Source of the DNA: Octopus vulgaris
Lineage: Eukaryota
Reading direction: 5' to 3'
Assembly: GCA_951406725.2 (NCBI GenBank)
Contig: OX597825.1
Location: forward strand, 76,632,001 to 76,696,000
Length of the DNA: 64,000 nucleotides
Below the pieces are notes generated by a model, which saw only the letters and a program-made list of their open reading frames with translations, had not been told where the DNA came from and made no database searches. Position numbers and translations under genes: made by a program. Positions 1-13,959 of this stretch are shown one piece after another (position 1 is the first letter of the stretch; each line of letters opens with the position of its first letter).

Positions 1-93
1 AACTGAGATGCCAAGTCTGACCGTCTCCGCTTTTTCTGCCCACGCAAACAAAACAGGTAAGGGGAAAGGGGGGGCTCCACTTCTGCCGATACC

Positions 94-320
94 TGTTTCT
101 TTACTACCCACAAGGGGCTAAACACAGAGGGGACAAACAAGGACAGACAAAGGGATTAAGTCGATTATATCGACCTCAGTGCGTAACTGGTACTTAATTT
201 ATCGACCCCGAAAGGATGAAAGGCAAAGTCGACTTCGGCGGAATTCGAACTCAGAACGTAACGGCAGACGAAATACGGCTACGCATTTCGCCCGGCGTGC
301 TAACGTTTCTGCCAGCTCGC
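94..320 (-). mobile_element. tRNA-derived SINE, family A (long-tail form), with 11-bp TSD
   Basis: Near-identical to the reverse complement of the copies at 16499 and 51877. It has an A-box-like TGGCAGAAACGTTAGC, a B-box GAGTTCRAATTC and the core GCCTTTCATCCTTTCGGGGTCGAT. It is flanked by CTGCCGATACC at 83-93 and 321-331. Confidence 0.9.
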
Positions 321-675
321 CTGCCGATACCATCGCTGCCACAACAGCAGCATCAGCATCAGCAGCAGCAGCAGTAGCAACAACAACACAACAAAAGCAA
401 CAACAAGACCACCACCAACAACAGTAACAAGAACGGCACAGCTATCACTCACTCGATCACTAACTAGTTCACCCTCTACTCTTGAATTCTTTATCGTTAT
501 TTCCTTACTAAACCTTTTCGGTTCTAATCTAATTGTTCTTTTCAGAGCTGACAATCATCGGGCGTTGCTCCCATCAACTCACTCTCAATTAGTTCTCTGA
601 CCTTACAGTTCTATATTTAAGAGATGAGGAATTATGTACATCATTTAAATTATTTACATTTGATGGAATTAGTTA

Positions 676-1010
676 AGCCACTGTCAACAACAAATGGTGG
701 TTTGCTCTGAAAAGGGGAATTAAAATAGAATCCATTAGGTTTAGTAAAGCATTAGCGATAGAAAGAAATAAAACAGAGGGAAACAGTCAGAAACTTAGAA
801 GAGTCGCTTAGGGAAGTCATCCCAAGCCTCATGCTCACGATGAGATTGGCCTTGGGCCAATTCAACCCTATCCACGAGGGATGCATTGTTAGTGCTAAGG
901 TGCGTTCTCTAAGAAATGAGGGGACAAAACCTGCTCGATGGGCCTGAATGACAGAAACGTAACGTGACAACAAAGCAACAATTCAGTCTTTCGTGGGTCA
1001 AAATGAACAA
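676..1010 (+). mobile_element. Degenerate L1/Tx1-like LINE ORF2 fragment (linker region)
   Basis: Manual translation gives NNKWWFALKRGIKIESIRFSKALAIER... and HEGCIVSAKVRSLRNEGTK...TIQSF, with a frameshift and stops. This resembles the W..K..IK...I.YSK and G..RAK....EG pattern of L1/Tx1. Confidence 0.5.
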
Positions 1011-1142
1011 CTCCAGGAAAATCTGCCTCTTTTGAGAAATTTTTCGTTGTTATTGTTTTCACTGATGATACGCTTCTAATTATCTACCCCCACATTGTAT
1101 TGTCCTGTGCCATAGCCAATACTTTTGGGAAACCTTAGTGGT

Positions 1143-1358
1143 GAATGGCGCGAGTTGGCATAATCGTTAGCACGCCGGGCCAAATGCTTAGCGGTGTTTC
1201 GCCCGTCGCTATGTTCTGAATTCAAATTCCGCAGAGGTCGACTTTGCCTTTAATCCTTACGGGGTCAATAAAATAAGTACCAGTTGAACACGAGAACCGA
1301 TATAATCGACTAGTCCCCTTCCCCAAATTTCAGGTATTGTGCCTATAGTAGAAACGAT
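1143..1358 (+). mobile_element. SINE family A (short-tail form)
   Basis: Same head and core as other family A copies. The tail CCCCAAATTTCAGG..GTGCCTATAGTAGAAA runs into a (CTT)n tract. Confidence 0.85.
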
Positions 1359-1491
1359 TCTTCTTCTTCTTCTTCTTCTTCTTCTTCTTCTTCTTCTTCT
1401 TCTTCTTCTTCTTCTTCTTCTTCTTCTTCTTCTTCTTCTTCTTCTTCTTCTTCTTCTTCTTCTTCTTCTTCTTCTTCTTCTTCTTCTTCTT

Positions 1492-1571
<80 letters not shown>

Positions 1572-1588
1572 CATTATTATTATTATTG
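1358..1588. repeat. (CTT)n then (ATT)n compound microsatellite
   Basis: Directly visible. Confidence 0.98.
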
Positions 1589-2089
1589 AGTGAGAGGGCA
1601 GTGCATGTCATCAAAGTGACACAGGGGTAAAATATACGAAGCTCAGTATACCCATCATGACTACCCATCTGATAAGGGTACACCAGGCACATGCATCACA
1701 ACCATAAGTGCGCGACATAGTGATCTCATATTAAGATAAACAGCGCATGACCATTGCACATGGGGCCCAGTTAGAATGGTCCCTGAATATGGATTGTTTA
1801 AGGATGTTGAACAAACCACCCATGTTTCCAGAGGTGAATTATCCAAACCTCTAAGAATTCCTTTCAACACATTGCTATGATGATCCCCCACTACTCCTGC
1901 ACATATTGTCACTAAGGGACATGATCAACTGGTTAAGATCAAACAACTGTCAAGCAAATCTGTGATATTGAGCAGAATATTTGCTGTAGCCCATCTTTTA
2001 TACCAAGACAAAATAATGTACATGATAACACTTCCAATGAGTTAAGATCAGAAGCAACGAGAGACACTGTCTGGTACTGCATCAGGGCA
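1589..2089. repeat. Unclassified interspersed repeat between microsatellites
   Basis: About 500 bp of complex sequence sharply bounded by (ATT)n and (CTT)n. No convincing ORF. Looks like a retroelement UTR. Confidence 0.35.
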
Positions 2090-2271
2090 TTTCTTCTTCT
2101 TCCTTCTTCTTCTTCTTCTTCTTCTTCTTCTTCTTCTTCTTCTTCTTCTTCTTCTTCTTCTTCTTCTTCTTCTTCTTCTTCTTCTTCTTCTTCTTCTTCT
2201 TTCTTCTTCTTCTTCTTCTTCTTCTTCTTCTTCTTCTTCTTCTTCTTCTTCTTCTTCTTCTTCTTCTTCTT

Positions 2272-2302
<31 letters not shown>

Positions 2303-2358
2303 TTATTATTATTATTGTTATTATTTTGTAGTAGTAGTAGTAGTAGTAGTAGCAGCAG
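2090..2358. repeat. (CTT)n/(ATT)n/(GTA)n microsatellite
   Basis: Directly visible. Confidence 0.97.
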
Positions 2359-3054
2359 CTTCATGGAGAAAATTGGTCTTAGCGAGTAAATCGAGGATGA
2401 AAAGCCATCCAGCCATGCCTATCGCATCTTTTCGTGAGTTACAGTCTGCTCAAAATTGCATTACTCAAAGCCTCCTTCTTTCATGTAACAGTAGTGTCAT
2501 TGAGGGAATTTGACTGCCATTTCAAGCAGGTTGAATGACCACGTAAAGACCCCCTTACCGGTTGTTACTGTTGTTGTTTAGCTTCAGGTCAGTCCTGATC
2601 GAGCAGAGCTACGATCAAATGCATTCCAACCGTGACCATCTAATCATTTTCGTATGTGCTGGGATGGAGACGGTGACAAGTGATTTGAGAGAATATTTGG
2701 CTGCTATGTCTAGCAGATTGAGTGATCGCGTATAGTTTCGGCTCCTTTGTTGATGCATGATAGTGGTGGTGGTGGTGGTGGTGGTGGGAGAAGAGAGAAT
2801 GAGGACATTTGAGAAATTATAACAAAGAGACAGGGATTAGGAGGAGTAGCAGGAGGAGAAGAAGGGAAAGGAGGAGGTGCACTGCTGAAGGAGCGCGCAG
2901 AGTGGGAGAGATGGCAGATACGTAGGAAGGGATGAGCGGGAAGGGAAGGAGGAGGAGGAGAAAAACTCATGTGAGGTGAGGAAGAGGAGAGAGCGCGAAA
3001 GACAGGCGCGGCTGGCTAATGTAAGGCTTAGGAGTTTGGACACAGCTGGAAGTG

Positions 3055-5070
<2,016 letters not shown>

Positions 5071-5339
5071 TACAATCACACATACACGCATAAATACATC
5101 GACATATATACACGTATGTCGATATGGATAGGGACAGACAGACAATGAGACAGAGGTAGAGAGTATATTTAAGAGTGAGAGAGAGAGAGAGCAAGAGAGA
5201 GAGAGAGAGAGAGAAAGAGAAGAGGAGTGACAAGGAGAGAGAGAGAGAGAGAGAGAGGGAGCGGTAACGGGGTGAACAATTAAAATACGTCTATTTTTAC
5301 ATTTATGATTCATGAATGAGATGGAAGATAGAGTTATGG

Positions 5340-5852
5340 CGAAGGCGACGGAGAGGGCGATGGTGATGGTGATGGAGATATCGGTGATGATGGTTGTGGT
5401 GGCAGTGGTGGTGGTGGTGGTGGTGATGGTGGTGATGGTGGTGTAGGTTCAGGTGCTGGTGGTAGTGAGACGTTAATACTGAAGTGATGGTCGTGGTGTT
5501 GTGGTCGTTGTGGTGGCAGCGATGGGGGCGATGAAGGAGATGGCGATGGCGATGGTAGTGCTGGCCATGAGGGGGGGGGGGGGGGGGCGTGATGGTGGTG
5601 ATGGTGGTGATGGTGGAGGTGGTGGCGATGCTGTTGATGATGGTGGTGGTGATGGTGATGGCGATGGTGGCAGAGGTGGTGGCGGTGGTGATGGCGGTGA
5701 TGATGGGGGAGGCGTGGTGGTGGCGAAGGTGGTAGCGGCAGTGATGTTACTGGTGGTAGTGGTGATGGTGGCGGTGGCGATGATGGTGATGATGGTGGCC
5801 ATCATCGCCACCATTGTCACCATCACAACGACCGCTACCGGCCACATGGTGA

Positions 5853-5939
<87 letters not shown>

Positions 5940-5984
5940 AAATGATGATGACGATGATGTTGATGATGAAGATGATGATGATGG

Positions 5985-6055
<71 letters not shown>

Positions 6056-6076
6056 ATGGTTGTGATGATGATGATG

Positions 6077-6150
<74 letters not shown>

Positions 6151-6209
6151 GACGACGACGATGATGATGATGATGACGATGATGTTGATGATGGTGATGA
6201 TGACGATGG

Positions 6210-6277
<68 letters not shown>

Positions 6278-6360
6278 GTGATGATGATAGTGGTGATAGT
6301 GGTGGAGGAGGAGGAGGAAGAGGTAGAGGAAGAGGTTGTGGGGGATGGAGGTGGTGAGAA
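5340..6360. repeat. About 1 kb degenerate (GGT)/(GAT)n trinucleotide tract
   Basis: Directly visible. Produces the poly-M and poly-I ORFs. Confidence 0.95.
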
Positions 6361-6870
6361 GTATTGAATATTCATTCTAGGTTTCGATATTCAGTTCCGT
6401 CTTCTCGCCAGAAATGTATAAACGCGGGAAATTTGTTGTGTACATATACATAAAACACATGCACACTCACAATTATACATACATATATACATGAATACAT
6501 TCACATACATAACCACACAGAAATATGTATATGCATGCACATATGCACATAGATATATGTATACACTTATACATGTACATATACACACACATAATACATA
6601 TGCACTTATATGTATACATACATATATACACATACATAACCACGCTCACACTCGCACATATACATATATATATATGCATGCATTCATATACATACATATA
6701 CATACATAACCACACACACGCACATACGCATACACATATATATACATATAGAGATACATATATGTATACATGCATACTTACATAACCACATGTACACATA
6801 CATGAACACATACATACACACACATGCACACATATATATATATTTTAATGCATATACATATATATATATA

Positions 6871-6907
<37 letters not shown>

Positions 6908-7149
6908 ACACACACATACACACCTATATACACACATATACATAAGTGTGAGTGTGTGTGCTCGCGCATGGTGTAAGTTCGGCGTTCCATGATGCGCATT
7001 CAGCTATCTGAGATGGACTGAATTATCTTCTTTTGGATTAATGCGTAAGTGGCCGAGTATCTCACAGACACATGTACCCTTAAAATGTTTCTCAAGCAGA
7101 ATCAATGTGCCGCAATAATTTGCATTTTCAGTTCAAATCGGATATAATC

Positions 7150-7300
7150 TACCCGACAGGCTTCTGTACAGTTTTCGTGCAATCGCCTTCATTCAAAAAG
7201 GAATGGGTCGTCTCGAAGCTATAGAAGATGACACTTGCCCAAGATACCATGCAATGGGCTCGAAGCCAAGATCTCAAGGTTGCAAAGCATACATCTAAAT
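7150..7300 (-). mobile_element. Partial SINE family B
   Basis: CGACAGGCTTCT...GCTATAGAAGATGACACTTGCCCAAG matches the copy at 22118-22270. Confidence 0.6.
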
Positions 7301-7350
7301 TATCCGCTCACACTGCACCAGATGTGAGTTTGTGTGTGGATGTGTGCATG

Positions 7351-7382
<32 letters not shown>

Positions 7383-7551
7383 TGTATGTATGTATGTATG
7401 TATGTGTGTATGTATGTATGTATGTATGTATGTATGTATGTATGTATGTATGTATGTGTGTATGTATGTATGTATGTATGTATGTATGTATGTATGTATG
7501 TATGTATGTGTGTATGTGTGTATGTATGTATGTATGTATGTATGTATGAAT

Positions 7552-7670
7552 GTATGTCATTGTTCAGTATTATTTCAAGAATTCTTGCCAATAGAGAAAG
7601 AGCCGGGTTTTAACCTAGATCGAAGGCTCCTTCATTACAATTTCATAATCAACAACACGATAATTTTGTT
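7552..7670 (-). mobile_element. 3' UTR fragment of the (TACA)n-associated REL LINE
   Basis: Reverse complement matches 55620-55725 (GATCTAGGTTA.AA.C.G.CTCTTTCTCT.TTGGCAAGAA.TCTTGAAATAA.ACTGAA.AATGA) and abuts (TATG)n. Confidence 0.65.
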
Positions 7671-7696
7671 TGTATGTATGTATATAAATATAATAT

Positions 7697-8260
7697 GTCA
7701 GGTCACTTTCGAGTGCTACTGGTAACATGTAACCCAGTACAACCTGCTGCATGGTCGGGTCGTCGGCGACTAAACCGGCAACCCCACCAAGCTTGCTTGG
7801 TGAAGAGGGTGTTTATAGGACACCCTGCGGGATGAAAAACAAAACCCGTCAAAGGGCGGAGGAACTCTTGAGAGTCAACGGCCATCCAATAAATGTTAAG
7901 ACATACGCGGGGACATAGAAATAATCGGACTGAATACCCGATCGCGTGGTTAAACCATTGGGAGTGAAGGACTCCTAGCCTTTGTTAGGGCATCCTTCTA
8001 GTTACTCAAGTAATTGGGATAACTCCGACATAAAACCTGCGGCTCAGTGGTTATCGATGAAGTTGACTTGTTCTCCTTTTCGGATTATGACTGCTGTTGC
8101 TTAGTGAGTGGGATTGACTCAGTGCACAGCCTTTCCTCACTTAAAAAAAAATCTTCTTGCACAGGCATTGCATGATAACAATATTGATTAAGCTTCGTGC
8201 AATGGCCATACTCGATAACGAGGGGCAGCCACCAAATAAATATAAATATAAATATAAGTA
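7697..8260 (+). mobile_element. Probable non-autonomous RTE-type retroelement (5' UTR joined to 3' tip)
   Basis: GC-richer UTR-like block. Ends in codons ILDNEGQP, resembling RTE ORF2 C-termini, then an (AAATAT)n tail. Confidence 0.4.
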
Positions 8261-8490
8261 TATATATATATATTTTTATTCGCATGCCTGGCAATCCTAG
8301 CGTCCTCCCGTGAAATATAAAATAATTTTTTTCAGTTTATCATACTTCGATATGGAAAAAATCCACAACTTTCCGCCCCAGTAAACTGCTATTGCTCCAG
8401 AAAGTTTTTTTTATATATTTTCTACGAATTGCTTGAAGCTGAGTTTCTTCCTACACCATGATCCTGGGATGTTACATTTATACATCAACA

Positions 8491-8560
<70 letters not shown>

Positions 8561-8568
8561 TATATATA

Positions 8569-8738
8569 CGCCATGATAGATCGCTAGCCACTACACATTC
8601 TTTATTTTCTCTCCTTGTTTCTTTCTGTTCCTTTCTGTGGAAGGGCGTAGGCTCGAAACGTTAATGACTTTTTCACTTCCCGAGCGTTATACTAAAGACA
8701 AAGACAGGTGGTGTAGACAACAAACAGATGTATTAGTA
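8569..8738 (+). mobile_element. Penelope-like pLTR remnant with degenerate hammerhead motif
   Basis: CTTT CTGTGGA A GGGC-GTAG-GCTC GAAA CGT TA. Sits between TA/CA repeats. Confidence 0.4.
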
Positions 8739-9071
8739 TATATATATATTTCTTGTGTACACACTGATTATTATTGGTGATACATTTTTATATTAATCAC
8801 GTTTGAAAAATCTATTACCTAAAATTGCAATTTTTAATTCGTAATTATTATAGTTCATGCAGAAAGCATTATCCAATTAATTAGCGTATTATATTTACCC
8901 GTAAATTTTCTTTCAATGACGTGTTCCTAAGGAAGATATTTTCTGGTTGATTAATATATTAAGCTACACTAGTTATATAGTTTATAATCTTCTGACATGC
9001 GTTAAACTAAAAGTGCGTTTTTTAAGGTGCTTTATTTTATATACAGTTACGTTGTTTATATATATATATAT

Positions 9072-9153
9072 ATCTTTACTGCCCACAAGGGGCTAAACTT
9101 AGAGGGGACAAACAAGGACATACAAAGGGATTAAGTCGATTACATCGACCCAG
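9072..9153 (-). mobile_element. SINE family A 3' tail fragment
   Basis: Matches 97-180. Confidence 0.85.
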
Positions 9154-10289
9154 TACCGAGAGATTCCATTGTAGGGTTTGGTATTTTTCAGTTTAGAACA
9201 TTTTGATGTATACACCTTTCCACTTCAATTTAAATTCCAGATGAAACTCGTTACTGGAGTGCAGAAAAATATGCGATGGGGTTTCTTTAGCAGTGTTTCA
9301 CCATGTAAGCATTTGCACCAATGTACACATATTTTTGTGCTTTTGACTGTACTTCACATTTATAAATAACACCCCTTTAAGAAAATCGTAGATAGCAACC
9401 CAGCAGGCACTAGCTAATGTATACAAATATTGCTTATAACGATAACAAAATAATATATTTATGGAAAACATTTAAGCTAACAAGATGATGTTAGCATATT
9501 CTAGTTACCAAACTAATGATAAATGATCTAAGGCGAGACGGAAAGGTGTGATTAGGGCAGACGTTAGATCGCCATTATCTTAAATTTGATCTAATATGCA
9601 GTGTAGCCCAAAGGAAGAAAATATCATAACCAATACAGTACAACACGCTGCTCTTAATGTGAATTTTATCCTCTTTATAATCTTCGTACATTGTTCAGAA
9701 CTGATAATGGTAAAATGAACCTTTGTTTTATTATTTCCATGTTTGTTCAGTCATAACCGAAACCCATGGGGTGAGGAGGACGTCTGGCGTCTTCAGTGAA
9801 ATCTAATGAGAGTTTTTCTTTTTTCTTTTTTCTTTGGCTTGCTGTGACGACAAGCAAAAGTAACGCCCAGTACTTTTTTCTTTTCCTTTTTGTCTCTTCC
9901 TTTGATGTGCTGCAACGATTCACAAGTAACGTCTAAAATTTAACGGAGCATTTTGATTTGTGTAAGGGTAAATGTCAGTAAGTAAAAACATAGGACCAGC
10001 TAAAAAAGCATTAACGTAACTGCCTAACGAAACATATGCATGGTAATGGGTTCAAACTCGAGATTCATAGATATTATTAACACTCTCTAACAATGTTATG
10101 AATATGAAAATATCCCCACAAATGATCACGTGCGATGCAAAAACATATGTCGTGATACATTAACAAAACCTATACATTTCCATCCGCATGTCATTTTCGG
10201 TATTATTATATTTATCTTAAGCTATAAGGAGTTCTGCATGCATAAGCATCCCATAGGATGACACTGGAAGATACCAATAACAGGTGCTA

Positions 10290-10530
<241 letters not shown>

Positions 10531-10764
10531 AAGTTTGTACAGAAGTTTGTACTGTTTGTCAAGTCACGACAAGGACCTCAGACAGAACTTTACGCAATAT
10601 GCGTGCAGTTCCAAATAATGCTCACTTTTGCAATATACCTAGATTGTAGGGTATTTCTAAACGTTACTATATGCGGCCTTCGGTGCTCTAATACCTTGTC
10701 TGCCTGGAAGTCAAAGTCCAAGAGTGTTTTTGCCTTCCCTTTTTCATCCATTACCATTTTCAGT

Positions 10765-10765
<1 letters not shown>
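10531..10765 (-). mobile_element. Dong/R4-like LINE 3' fragment, internally deleted
   Basis: Minus strand encodes DFDFQADKVLEHRRPHIV and QK*ALFGTARILRKVL. (TAA)n lies on both sides. Confidence 0.75.
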
Positions 10766-10831
<66 letters not shown>

Positions 10832-11070
10832 TTAAGATGGCGAGCCGGTAGAATCGGTAGCGCTCTGGGCGAAATGCTTAGGGCATTTCATCCGTCCTTA
10901 CGTTCTGAGTTCAAATTTCGCTTATGTCGACTTTGCCTTTCATCCTTTCGGGGTCAATGAAATAGATGCCAGTGACTTACTGAGGTTGATGTAATCGACT
11001 AGCTTCTCTCCACCCCCACCAAAAAAATTACATGCCTTATGCCTATGGTAAGTAAGAATTATTATTATTA
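10832..11070 (+). mobile_element. SINE family A (short-tail form)
   Basis: Head, B-box, core and an (ATT)n tail. Confidence 0.85.
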
Positions 11071-11074
11071 ATAT

Positions 11075-12066
11075 TTTACTTCTCACAGCTCTCGGTCTCA
11101 CTTGCTCTGGTTCATTCGGTTAGAGCAGACAGCAACCTGCTGTCAGGGGTCTCACAGGGTCCCTTTCCGCAAACTATAAGCTTCGGCACTTGGATGTTAA
11201 CTTATCACGGAAGACACTCAACACCCAAGTCATCATCATCATTGTTCGACTGTGGTCGAGACAATGGAATTTACCATGCTACGCCAGACTTCACGGTCCA
11301 TCATGGCATTACGGAGGTCCTGTTGCTGGCTGCCTGTATCCCTGGAGATTACATCAGGGTAAGAGAGTGTGCGCCCTCTGGTACTGCGAGTAGATGGCTT
11401 CCAGAGGAGAAGAGTAGAAATTACCACTTTTTCAGCTCTACAACAATGTCCAGCAAACTGGACTCTCTTACCTTTCACAAGAGATGACACAATCAAAGCC
11501 GGAATACTGCAGGGAGACACACTTGCCCCATTTCTTTTCATCATTGTTGTTGATTATGTGCTACGTATGTCAGTTGATACCATCTCTGGCAAGGGCTTTG
11601 AAATAAAACCAAGAAGAAGTTCCAGACACCCAGCTGAGTACTTGACAGACACTGGCTTTTCTGACGACATCGCTCTTATCAGTGATTCTCTCTCCAATGC
11701 CCAGTCTCTTTTACAATCTCTTGAACACCCAAGTACCAACCTCAAAATCCTAGCTGTCCCCAATAGAGCAGTTTTTGTGCGTGCTCTGCCCTCATGCCAA
11801 TTTCAGTTTCTCTGGCATATTTCTTGAATCCCGTTGATAGTGCTTCAAGTGCCCTTACAACTACTAGGATAACAGTTACTCTCCTCGTTGCCCACATTCT
11901 TGCAATTTTGTCTTTTTGTAGTATGTGTTTCTCCATCTTTTCCAGCCCTTTGTCATCTGCGCGTGCATCCCCAGATGGCAATATTTATGATCTTGGTTTC
12001 CTTTTTTCTTCTATCTACCACAACAATGCCTGGTCTCCGAGCTTCGATTAGGGAGTCACATTGGAG

Positions 12067-12068
<2 letters not shown>
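11075..12068 (-). mobile_element. Dong/R4-like LINE 3' end, interrupted by an RTE insertion
   Basis: Encodes CDSLIEARRPGIVVVD, IARMWATRRVTVILVVVRAL and GTARILRLVLGC*. The stop codon and 3' UTR resume at 11219-11075 beyond the insertion. (TAA)n flanks. Confidence 0.8.
11231..11723 (-). mobile_element. RTE-clade LINE insertion with 5' inversion
   Basis: 11231-11490 minus encodes RVQFAGHCCR...LLLWKP...MMDREVWR* plus a (TGA)n tail. 11489-11723 plus encodes RT motifs GILQGDTLAPFLFII and FSDDIALI. TSD AACACCCAAGT at 11220-11230 and 11724-11734. Confidence 0.9.
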
Positions 12069-12134
<66 letters not shown>

Positions 12135-12240
12135 GTTATTATTATTATTGTTGTTGTTGTTGTTACTGTTGTTGTTGTTGTTGTTGTTGTTGTTATTATT
12201 ATCATTATTATCATTATTATTGTTGTATTATTGTATTATT

Positions 12241-13090
12241 CCTTCGTAACACAGTGTAGGTAAATGTGCATCGGAGTCTTTAGTCATCTGTCAAGTAACA
12301 ACAGGTACCTCAGACAGATAATACTTTCCTTAAGAAGTGCACTGTGACCAACAAGGCTGCTTTTTGCAAGACATCAACCTTGCATGGGATTTACAGTTGC
12401 CTTAAGAAGTCTTGAAGTTTCAATGGGATTGAGTCCAACGCTCTGATCACCACTGGTATCACTTTTACATAACCCTCTCGCATTCCATACAGTGTTGCCA
12501 TTTCCACTTTCAATTCGGAGTACTTGGTGATTTTTCAACCTCTTTACTCACAACATTCATGTCATTGATCAATGATCTGACAGTATTTACCTCTCTTATT
12601 CAATATGACAATATCCGGCCGAAGGTGTTCGTTTGCACGATCCGTCTGAAAATCATAGTCCCAGAGTATAGTTATTTTCCCATCCTCCTGCATAACTTTC
12701 CTGGTACATGTTCATACCATTCCTCTGATATTTCATATTGGTATTTACGGTATAAGAGCCAATGAAGATACACACACACACACTTTATCGTGGCGGCGCT
12801 TGTATTCTTTTTGCGCAAGGCTCTCACATCCACTTACCAAGTGGGTCACATTTTCCACAATCTTTCCACAGCCTGCATTTCTGTGTGTCAAAAGTTTTAT
12901 AGATGTTTTACTTCACTGAATTGGTAGCGAGAGCCTGGTCTTGTGCATCAATGATCAGGCTTTTGGTGGAACGCTTCAAATCACCTCGCTCAAGCCATGC
13001 CCACCACTATGCTGTATTATCCATAACATCTTGTGTATTCCTTTCAAACTGTCCATGCATTCTCATTTCAAGGTCTCTTCTCCTCAGCTC
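12241..13090 (-). mobile_element. Dong/R4-like LINE 3' fragment
   Basis: Minus strand encodes MHGQF, CGKIVENVTHLVSGCESLAQKEYKRRHDKV and QKAALLVTVHFLRKVL. The 3' end abuts a TAA-type tract. Confidence 0.8.
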
Positions 13091-13576
13091 TTTGGTTAAA
13101 CTTTTCCTCCTCCTCCTCCTCCTCTTCCTCCGTCTCCTCCTCCTCTTCCTCCGTCTCCCCCTCCCGTCCCCTTACCCCCCTCCCCCTCTCCCTCTTACTA
13201 CTACAGAGAAAATTATTGTGACTGCAATCTTTTATCCGCCATAGGAATCGAGTAACAGGCCCTCTCAGTCCTAGGACTCGATATAGTAAAATAATGTCAT
13301 TACTATCATTACTAGTTGGACCCGTGGAAATTCCACAGAACGAAAAAGATTAAGAGAAGCTATTTAAGAAAGAATGAAAGGATGATTTGCATTTTTATTT
13401 TTATTTTGCTAAGTATTTCACTGCCAATCACAATAATATATTATGTGACTTTAAAATTTCCCTCTGCTAAGCAATCTATATTTCTCTCTTTCTCTGTATC
13501 TCTTCAACAAACTCCAACAAACTTTTTAACCATGTCTTTAACACTTCTCTCTTTCCGTTTACCTCTCACTTCCACT

Positions 13577-13615
<39 letters not shown>

Positions 13616-13959
13616 TGTAACTGCCTCTCCTGCCAATCTCACTTTATCTGCCTTTCTTTAACCTCACTACCAGAACATTACACTCTGCTAAATATTGTAT
13701 CCTAAATATATCTCTTTCCCTTTACCATTCCCTCCCCACCATACAACACGTCATTAACCTTTTTCTCCCCTTCTTTTCTCTCACTATCTTTTTCTCTCGT
13801 TCTTCGCCTCCCCTTCAACTAGCCACGTCGCATTTGGCTTTATTATACCTCTCTTTCTACTTCTTCCTCACTTCTTTCCTCTCTACTCACACTTCTCACC
13901 TCTCACTCTCTCTCTCTCTCTCTCTCACTTTTACTCCACCTCTCTGGCTAACTAAAGTA

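Noticed and set aside
179-427. Recurrent MRNWYLIYRPRKDERQSR ORF family (also 16410, 22712, 51777)
   Set aside because: Antisense translation of the SINE A core.
5473-6375. 300-aa and 288-aa ORFs
   Set aside because: Translations of a (GAT)/(GGT) microsatellite with no domain or splice evidence.
11369-11827. Stand-alone reverse transcriptase gene
   Set aside because: Chimeric ORF spanning an inversion junction and a TSD. Only about 78 codons are RT.
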